Shown here: piece after piece, positions 6,843 to 12,396 of the stretch
Numbering within the stretch: the first letter of the stretch is position 1
Layout of the letters: every line of letters starts with the position of its first letter
From: Alphaproteobacteria bacterium
Lineage (GTDB): Bacteria > Pseudomonadota > Alphaproteobacteria > Geminicoccales > Geminicoccaceae
NCBI GenBank assembly: GCA_026984595.1
Contig: JALSRW010000405.1
Coordinates: 1 to 43,835, forward strand
Direction of reading: 5' to 3'
DNA length: 43,835 bases
Made by a program: the position numbers and the translations under genes
The notes under the pieces: model-generated
Database searches by the model: none
What the model was told of the DNA's origin: nothing
Seen by the model: only the letters and a program-made list of their open reading frames with translations

Positions 6843-7271
6843 TCAAAACGGTTCGTTGCGCGGTGCGCCGCAGTCGTCGGTGGTGCAGATGCGCCAGTCG
6901 GGGAAGCCGGAGCGGACTTCGGGGTAGGGTGGGGGAAGGTCGCGGATGGGGGCGGCGGCGGTGTGGTAGTCGGCCAGGCGTTTTTCGAGGGTGGCGGTGT
7001 ACCGGCGCAGGTCCTGGAGCTGGGCCGCCTGGCGCTCGAGGGCGGCGACGCTGACGGCGAAGGCGAGGGCCGAGCCGAAGCCGATCAGCAGGAGCGAGGA
7101 GGCGCTGACGAGGAGGGGGCGGCGCAGGTTGGCGAGGATGCGGTCGGCGCGTTTCCCGGGGAACGGTTGGGATGACGGTGGTGCTTCATCCGCTTCGGAT
7201 ACAATGTTGGCAATTTGTTCGACGAGGTTTTGCTGCTCTTTACGCAGCGCGTCGTTTTTTCTTGAGGGCAT
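6843..7271 (-). CDS. Single-pass membrane protein (142 aa), first gene downstream of the repressor
   Basis: TM segment LLVSASSLLLIGFGSALAFAVSV followed by a coiled-coil-like stretch and a C-terminal CTTDDC. Overlaps the repressor 3' end by 32 nt. Confidence 0.6.
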   Translation of the reverse strand: MPSRKNDALRKEQQNLVEQIANIVSEADEAPPSSQPFPGKRADRILANLRRPLLVSASSLLLIGFGSALAFAVSVAALERQAAQLQDLRRYTATLEKRLADYHTAAAPIRDLPPPYPEVRSGFPDWRICTTDDCGAPRNEPF

Positions 7272-7824
7272 GCTCCTTCACCTTCTCTATAGATATCAGG
7301 TTGTCGAAGTCGCCAAAATACGGTTCGTGTCGCTTGATTTCATCTTCGTCCATCTCCGACATCAGCTCTAGCTCGATCATCAAATAGCGGTAGATCAGAC
7401 TTTCTAGTTTGGCGCGCTGGCGTGCGATGAATCGTTTACCTGTCCGCTCCTGGAGTTCGTCTACAGCCTCAATGGCCATGGCGAGGATGTCAACTTCATT
7501 TTCTGCGCCAAAATCTAAAGCAGGAAAAGCAGGAGTTTGCTGCTCAGTAACATGATTTTGTCGTGTTATAGGTGACTCTTGCATTGGCCCGATTCCGGTT
7601 AACAGCCACTCGCCACGCACACCTAGTTTCTTGGCTATTTCTGGAATTCTTTTTGTATCTGGTATAGAAAAGCCATCAAGCCACTTTCTGGCTGACTCCC
7701 CTGAAACCCCAAACATTCTCGCCAATTCGGCGCGTCGCCCACGGCCTTTCACTATACCGGCAAGGTCGCATGCGGCATGAAGTCGCTTCGAGAATTCTTG
7801 TTTTTCATCAATCATGGCAACCAT
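7240..7824 (-). CDS. CI-like phage repressor, XRE-family HTH, no S24 peptidase domain (start 7824 or 7815)
   Basis: HTH segment RAELARMFGVSGESARKWLDGFSIPDTKRIPEIAKKLGVRGEWLLTG. The C-terminal half is helical and acidic with no Ser/Lys S24 motif. Divergent from the cro-like gene. The track start at 7896 would run through PR. Confidence 0.8.
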   Translation of the reverse strand: MVAMIDEKQEFSKRLHAACDLAGIVKGRGRRAELARMFGVSGESARKWLDGFSIPDTKRIPEIAKKLGVRGEWLLTGIGPMQESPITRQNHVTEQQTPAFPALDFGAENEVDILAMAIEAVDELQERTGKRFIARQRAKLESLIYRYLMIELELMSEMDEDEIKRHEPYFGDFDNLISIEKVKEHALKKKRRAA

Positions 7825-7860
7825 AAGTTGTAATTTAGATTTTTCCACCGCACTTATCAG
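7817..7860 (-). promoter_or_regulatory. PRM-like promoter with operator over the repressor start
   Basis: On the minus strand: CTGATA (7860-7855), 17-nt spacer, TAAATT (7837-7832), then 7 nt to ATG 7824. Palindrome GCAACCATAAGTTGT (7817-7831) covers the predicted start site and start codon. Confidence 0.45.
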
Positions 7861-7863
7861 GTG

Positions 7864-7893
7864 TTGACAAGCGCAACTTTCGGTTGCTAATCT
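7864..7893 (+). promoter_or_regulatory. PR-like early-right promoter with operator in the spacer
   Basis: TTGACA (7864-7869), 18-nt spacer containing GCAACTTTCGGTTGC (7873-7887), TAATCT (7888-7893). The cro-like ATG at 7900 is 6 nt downstream. Confidence 0.7.
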
Positions 7894-7899
7894 CATTTC

Positions 7900-8148
7900 A
7901 TGAACCAGATTCAGAGAGTGAAAGTGATCTTCGGGAGCTATTCAGCCGTCGGTGCGGCGCTTGGCGTATCTGGCGAAGCGGTTCGCAAATGGGAGCTGCA
8001 TGGCGTTCCCGCAGAGCGCGTCCTCGCCATCGAGGCCGCCACCGATTACCAGGTCAGCCGCCACGAGCTGCGCCCGGACCTCTATCCGAAGGAGTCCTGG
8101 TGCCAGTGCCCGGCTTGCCGCCGGCGGCAGGAGGACGATGCCGCATGA
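7900..8148 (+). CDS. Cro-like / YdaS-type HTH regulator
   Basis: 82 aa. The segment FGSYSAVGAALGVSGEAVRKWELHGVPAERVLAIEAAT matches the YdaS/Cro-type HTH pattern. Divergent from the repressor. Confidence 0.75.
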   Translation: MNQIQRVKVIFGSYSAVGAALGVSGEAVRKWELHGVPAERVLAIEAATDYQVSRHELRPDLYPKESWCQCPACRRRQEDDAA

Positions 8149-8312
8149 GCCGCCGGGCCGCGATTCTCCCTCCTCCCCGAGGCCGCGATACGGCGGTTTC
8201 CGGGGCGGCTTCGCCGCCGCGGCGCGGCGGCGCCCTTTCTTCCCTGCCGCCTCGCATGGTGCCGGGCGGCGCTTTCCCCATGCAACACACGATCGCAGGA
8301 GGTGCGAGATGA
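8145..8312 (+). CDS. Possible 55-aa Pro/Arg/Gly-rich ORF coupled at both ends
   Basis: ATGA overlap with the cro-like stop and ATGA overlap with the next start. The composition is poor, so this may instead be a structured GC-rich spacer. Confidence 0.3.
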   Translation: MSRRAAILPPPRGRDTAVSGAASPPRRGGALSSLPPRMVPGGAFPMQHTIAGGAR

Positions 8313-8755
8313 ACCGGTACGTGGACGGCTACGAGGCGCTGCGCCAGATGTGCTGGGGCCATGACGCCTACGCCATCGCCTATCACCTGGCGGAGGTGGA
8401 CGGGATCTGGAAGGGCCGCGATCCGGAGCGGGGCGCGGGGCGGGTGCGGTCCTGCCTGTCGCGCGAGAAGAAGGAGTTCTTCCGCATGTCGGAGATCATC
8501 GCGATCACGCGCCTGACGCGCCAGTACGACGCCATCTGGTTCATGTGCGACGAGCTTGGCCTGTCGCGGCCCCAGCCAACGGATGTGGCGGCCCAGGTGG
8601 CGCAGTTGCGCGAGACCATCGACGACGCGGCGCGCCGTCTGGCCGGCGCCAGCGATTCGCTGTCGCGCCTTTCGGGCGATGCGCCGCCGGCGATCCGGGG
8701 ACGCGCGCCGGCGCCCCGGCCGGCTTCGCATTTCCGGTCGGAGACGCGCCATTGA
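8309..8755 (+). CDS. Hypothetical protein in the cII position (148 aa)
   Basis: AGGAGGTG upstream of ATG 8309. Begins MNRYVDGYEALRQMCWGHDAYAIAYHL.... The track start at 7952 is an upstream shadow extension. Confidence 0.65.
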   Translation: MNRYVDGYEALRQMCWGHDAYAIAYHLAEVDGIWKGRDPERGAGRVRSCLSREKKEFFRMSEIIAITRLTRQYDAIWFMCDELGLSRPQPTDVAAQVAQLRETIDDAARRLAGASDSLSRLSGDAPPAIRGRAPAPRPASHFRSETRH

Positions 8756-8937
8756 GGGCGGCCTTCCGCGATCCGGTGTTCGAACAGGTGTTGCGCATGC
8801 AGATCCGGGAGCGGGGCTGCCGGTGCTGCGCACGGCGCGTCGAGCTGGCTTCCGGGGATGTGCGCTGCGGCAACGGCCGGCGCTTTCCATCCTGCCGCGG
8901 CCAGCGCGGCGGTTTCGTGCTGGAGGAGGATGGATGA
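8752..8937 (+). CDS. Possible small Cys-rich protein (TTG start)
   Basis: CRCC...C...C pattern. The start overlaps the previous stop, and its stop overlaps the next ATG (ATGA). Confidence 0.35.
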   Translation: MRAAFRDPVFEQVLRMQIRERGCRCCARRVELASGDVRCGNGRRFPSCRGQRGGFVLEEDG

Positions 8938-9902
8938 TCACGCAGTGGAACGATGATGAGGATGCGGCGTTGCAGGGACTGCCGCATTTCGCGCAACTGC
9001 TCTATCTGCGCGTGTTGCGTCGATATATGGATTACCGTGATGGCGTCGTCGGACTCAGGCGCAGGATCTCGTATCAGATGATCCGGGAGACGCTTGCCGT
9101 CGAGCGCGACAGGGGCAGCAGGACGCGGGACGATGAGCATGTCAGCCAGAAGAAGATCCGGGTGGCCATGGATCAGTTGACGAAGGCGGGGCTGGTGCAG
9201 TGGCCACAGGCGCGTGAGAAGTTCAGCGCCATGGTCATGCGCCTGCCGATGGCTTCGATCGACCCGAATTTTTGCGAGGGATCGGCAGACATAGGGGAGA
9301 TCTGTCTTCAGGAGGAAGGGCATGAGAAGGGCATGGAAGGAAGGGCACGGGTAGGGCGTGGCGAAAATGTAGTGTTCATGCGGTCTCGCGCGGGTTTTCC
9401 ACAGGCGGGAGGGGCACGAGAGGGGCATGGGAGGAAGGGCATACCTCCGGATCTCCGGATAGATAGACAGATAGATGCGCGATCGTCCCCGAGTTATCCA
9501 CAGCCCGCCGTTTCCAGCGAAACCGGCGGCAAGGCGCCGGACGAGGTGCCGGCCCTGGGAGAGGCGATCGCGATGCTGGTGGATGCGGGGGTGCGTTCCT
9601 CTGCAGCGACGAGCGTGGATCACCGCCTGCTGCTGGCGGATCTGCTGCAGGCGGGGGCGACGCGGGCGATGCTCGCCGAGGCGATTCGCAAGGCGCAGCA
9701 GGCGAAGCAGGGCAGGCCGTGGAGCGTGTTCTATCTCGAGCCCATCGTGCGAGAACTGCTTTCCCCATCCACGACGAACGAGGCCGCGAGGCCGGGAGGT
9801 TCCCATGCCGCACATCAGCTACGCCGCAAAAGCGGCGCAGGATTCATTGCGCAAGGGTTCGAGCAACATTGCCAGGGGACGGCGGAAGGCGAGGAGGGCT
9901 GA
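8934..9902 (+). CDS. Replication initiator, lambda O-like (winged-helix N-terminus, iterons inside the gene)
   Basis: N-terminus MITQWNDDEDAALQGLPHFAQLLYLRVLRRYMDYRDGVVGLRRRISYQMIRETL.... The central part is encoded by the iteron array. Position is upstream of the P-like gene. The 3' end overlaps the next gene by 89 nt. Confidence 0.6.
   Translation: MITQWNDDEDAALQGLPHFAQLLYLRVLRRYMDYRDGVVGLRRRISYQMIRETLAVERDRGSRTRDDEHVSQKKIRVAMDQLTKAGLVQWPQAREKFSAMVMRLPMASIDPNFCEGSADIGEICLQEEGHEKGMEGRARVGRGENVVFMRSRAGFPQAGGAREGHGRKGIPPDLRIDRQIDARSSPSYPQPAVSSETGGKAPDEVPALGEAIAMLVDAGVRSSAATSVDHRLLLADLLQAGATRAMLAEAIRKAQQAKQGRPWSVFYLEPIVRELLSPSTTNEAARPGGSHAAHQLRRKSGAGFIAQGFEQHCQGTAEGEEG
9314..9442 (+). repeat. 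Origin iterons: two 35-bp clusters of three GRAGGGGCAY/GGAAGGGCAY repeats
   Basis: Iterons at 9314-9323, 9324-9334, 9339-9348 and again at 9408-9417, 9418-9428, 9433-9442, plus a degenerate copy at 9351-9359. They are followed by the palindrome CCGGATCTCCGG and the A/T-richer GATAGATAGACAGATAGAT (9449-9476). Confidence 0.7.
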
Positions 9903-10305
9903 GGTGGACGTGAAGCGCATCCACAAGCTCTTCGCGCGGTTCAACGGGGCCTACGGGCATTCGTGGTCGAGCCGGTTCGCGTCGGAGGCGATGTACGAGC
10001 TGACGGTGCAGGAGTGGGCGCAGGACCTGGCGCATTTCAGCGACGGCGAGCTGGAGGAGGCCTACGCGGAGTGCAAGAAGCGCTACACGCTGGCGCCGAC
10101 GCTGCCGCAGTTCAGAGAGCTGGCGAAGCTAGCGCATTACCGGCGGGGGCGCCATCCGGCGCCGGCGCCCTCCGGGCCGCGCAACGTGGCGCTGGCGCGC
10201 GAGCATCTGGCGCAGATGTACCGGCTGCTGGGGCGCGTGGAACGGGCGCTGGAGGGCGAAGAGCCGATGCCGGGCGCGCAGGACGCGGCGCGGGACGGTT
10301 CGTGA
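9814..10305 (+). CDS. Replication protein P-like (helicase loader family)
   Basis: IHKLFARFNGAYGHSWSSRF...WAQDLAHFSDGELEEAYAECKKRYTLAPTLPQFRELAKL matches the lambda P family pattern as I recall it. GGGAGG upstream of ATG 9814. Confidence 0.65.
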   Translation: MSYAAKAAQDSLRKGSSNIARGRRKARRAEVDVKRIHKLFARFNGAYGHSWSSRFASEAMYELTVQEWAQDLAHFSDGELEEAYAECKKRYTLAPTLPQFRELAKLAHYRRGRHPAPAPSGPRNVALAREHLAQMYRLLGRVERALEGEEPMPGAQDAARDGS

Positions 10306-10340
10306 TCGGGTTTGATCGGGAAACGCGAGAGGAGGCGACG

Positions 10341-10571
10341 ATGTCTGACCAGACGATGCAAGCGCTGCACGAGCTGATGCGGAAAATCCGGCCGTATCTG
10401 GCCATGGCCGGCGAATCGCTGGCCGTCGACCGGCGCGAGGATGCGACGGGCGTGGAGGTGACCTTCGCGCTCGATGAGCGACCGGACGTGCGGCCCGGCC
10501 GGCGCTACGTGATGCTGCTGGTGGAAATCGACGACGACGAGGCCTGCGTGCCGGCCGGGGAGGACGCATGA
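10341..10571 (+). CDS. Hypothetical protein (76 aa)
   Basis: GAGGAGG upstream of the ATG. ATGA coupling to the next ORF. Confidence 0.6.
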   Translation: MSDQTMQALHELMRKIRPYLAMAGESLAVDRREDATGVEVTFALDERPDVRPGRRYVMLLVEIDDDEACVPAGEDA

Positions 10572-10894
10572 GCATCGCGCAGGACGTGTTCGAGGCGTTG
10601 CACTACATGCCGGGGCCGGTGTCGGCGAAGGCGAACGAGGCGGCAGAGACGGGCGCAGGCGGTGCGTGCGAGGCGAAGGTGGTGCCGTTGGCGCACAAGG
10701 ACGGGAAAGCCGCCGAGAACGTCTCTGAGGCGGTCTCGCAAGATTCCGGCCGGGGAGGGTTCATGGTGGTTCTGTGCCGGGGGAAGCTCGACGAGTCGAT
10801 TCGGGATGCGATCGTGCGCCGCGGTTTCCGCATGGCCGGGATCGACTGCTACCACGGGCATTCGGCGTATCACTTCGAGTGCCGGGGAGAGTGA
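10568..10894 (+). CDS. Hypothetical protein (108 aa)
   Basis: Coupled to both neighbours. The C-terminal part is plausibly folded (FMVVLCRGKLDESIRDAIVRRGFRMAGIDCYHGHSAYHFEC). Confidence 0.6.
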   Translation: MSIAQDVFEALHYMPGPVSAKANEAAETGAGGACEAKVVPLAHKDGKAAENVSEAVSQDSGRGGFMVVLCRGKLDESIRDAIVRRGFRMAGIDCYHGHSAYHFECRGE

Positions 10895-10896
10895 CG

Positions 10897-11382
10897 ATGT
10901 CGGCGCCGGCGGAGTTGGTGGAGCGGTTGGCGAATCCGGTGCGGCTGGTCGCGGACGACGGTCATCCGGAGGTGCCGGGATGGCACTGCGCGGGGATGCC
11001 GGACCACTGGTTCGCGGCGATGCGGATGAAGTGGGCGAACGACTGGTCGGGCGCGAACCTGCTGGAATACCGCCTGTGGATGGCGGCGGTGGACATGGCC
11101 ATCGAGGGTCGCTGGCGCGTGCCGTCCGGCGGGGAGCGCCTGCGGCGCATGGCGGGGCTGGCGATCGCGGAGCTGGCCGATCCGGAACGGTATCGCGCCA
11201 CGGATGCCTGGCAGCTCAAGGCGGCGTGGGTCGGTGTGACGAAGTCGCGCTGGTTCGAGACGTGGCAGCCACGTTACGAGGCGCTATACCGGGTGCTGGA
11301 CGACTGGAGCAACGCGGCCTGGCGGTTCGTGAAGGCGCGCCAGAACGGGATGGTTTCAGCAGACTTGCAAAACCGGGACTGA
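10897..11382 (+). CDS. Hypothetical protein in the Q (late regulator) position (161 aa)
   Basis: Last early-right gene, followed by a hairpin and an intrinsic terminator and then the packaging genes. The function is suggested by position only. Confidence 0.6.
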   Translation: MSAPAELVERLANPVRLVADDGHPEVPGWHCAGMPDHWFAAMRMKWANDWSGANLLEYRLWMAAVDMAIEGRWRVPSGGERLRRMAGLAIAELADPERYRATDAWQLKAAWVGVTKSRWFETWQPRYEALYRVLDDWSNAAWRFVKARQNGMVSADLQNRD

Positions 11383-11463
11383 GCGGCTACGATTTTTCCA
11401 TACTCGGACAAATGCCCCCAGGGCATTTCTCCCCAGCCGGGTATCCGCGCAAATCCATGAACA

Positions 11464-11494
11464 GAACCCCGCCTCGGCGGGGTTCTTTCGTTTT
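11464..11494 (+). terminator. Intrinsic terminator between early and late genes
   Basis: GAACCCCGCC-tc-GGCGGGGTTC followed by TTTCGTTTT. An 8-bp hairpin AAATGCCC-cca-GGGCATTT lies upstream at 11410-11428. Confidence 0.75.
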
Positions 11495-11505
11495 CGGGAG
11501 ATGAA

Positions 11506-11790
11506 ATGCATCTGGGCGATCCGAGCAACTGGCTGCCGTTCTTCCTGACCGCGGGGTCGAGCCGGCTGAACGTGCAGCGCATCATCGAGGCGGTGATCAT
11601 CGCCGGCATCAGCGGCGGCGTGACGATGTACGGCGCGCAGAAGATGCTGGTGACCCGCCTCGAGAACATGGACCGCAACATCATGCGCCTGGAAAAACGC
11701 CAGGAGCGCATGTTCAACGATCTGTACCGGCCGCGCGTGTCGCCGCTGGAGCAGCGGTGGCAACACCTGGAGCGGTCCGGCGGGCGATGA
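11506..11790 (+). CDS. Small membrane/coiled-coil protein (94 aa)
   Basis: TM segment IIEAVIIAGISGGVTMYGA followed by a charged helix. GGGAGA upstream. Confidence 0.6.
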   Translation: MHLGDPSNWLPFFLTAGSSRLNVQRIIEAVIIAGISGGVTMYGAQKMLVTRLENMDRNIMRLEKRQERMFNDLYRPRVSPLEQRWQHLERSGGR

Positions 11791-11814
11791 GCGAATTTTT
11801 CCCGGAGAACCACG

Positions 11815-12396
11815 GTGGCGAGACGAAACATCAACGGCCTGACGCCGAAGCAGCAGGTCTTCTGCGATCTGTTTCGCGCCAGCGAGGATCCGTCCGTGCG
11901 GGGCAATGCCAAGGCCTGCTACATGCTGGCCTACGGGGCGTCGGACAAGAGCGCTGAGGCCAACGGGCCGCGCCTGCTGAAGAATCCGCACGTGGCCGAG
12001 TATCTGGCCACCAAGCGGCAGGCGGCGGAGGAGAAGGCCGACGTGAGCGAGGAGCGCATTCTGCGCGAGGTGGCGGCCATCGCGTTCCTGGACCCGGCGG
12101 AGTATTTCGACCCGCACGGCAATCTGTTGCCCATCCACGAGATGCCGGAACGGGCACGCCGGGCTCTGGCCTCGGTGGAGGTGACGACGATGGGCAAGGA
12201 TGCCGAGGCCCTGGTGACGAAGATCCGGAACTGGGACAAGAAGGGCTCCCTCGAACTGCTGATGAAGCACAAGAAGATGCTCACCGACAAGGTGGAGCAC
12301 GGCGGGGAGATCAAGACCGGCGGCGTGCTCGTGGCGCCGGGTGACGTGAGCCTGGACGAATGGCTGAACCAGCATTACGGCAAGAACAAGAAGTAG
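11815..12396 (+). CDS. Terminase small subunit
   Basis: GTG start. N-terminus NGLTPKQQVFCDLF...AYMLAYG...A..NG.RLLKN..V..YL is the Terminase_2-type pattern. Lies directly upstream of terL. Confidence 0.85.
   Translation: MARRNINGLTPKQQVFCDLFRASEDPSVRGNAKACYMLAYGASDKSAEANGPRLLKNPHVAEYLATKRQAAEEKADVSEERILREVAAIAFLDPAEYFDPHGNLLPIHEMPERARRALASVEVTTMGKDAEALVTKIRNWDKKGSLELLMKHKKMLTDKVEHGGEIKTGGVLVAPGDVSLDEWLNQHYGKNKK

Noticed and set aside
8149-8308. nutR/tR1-like terminator between the cro-like gene and the next gene
   Set aside because: The region is GC-rich with several imperfect stems but has no stem followed by a T-run. It is alternatively covered by a low-confidence coupled ORF (8145-8312), so no regulatory call was made.
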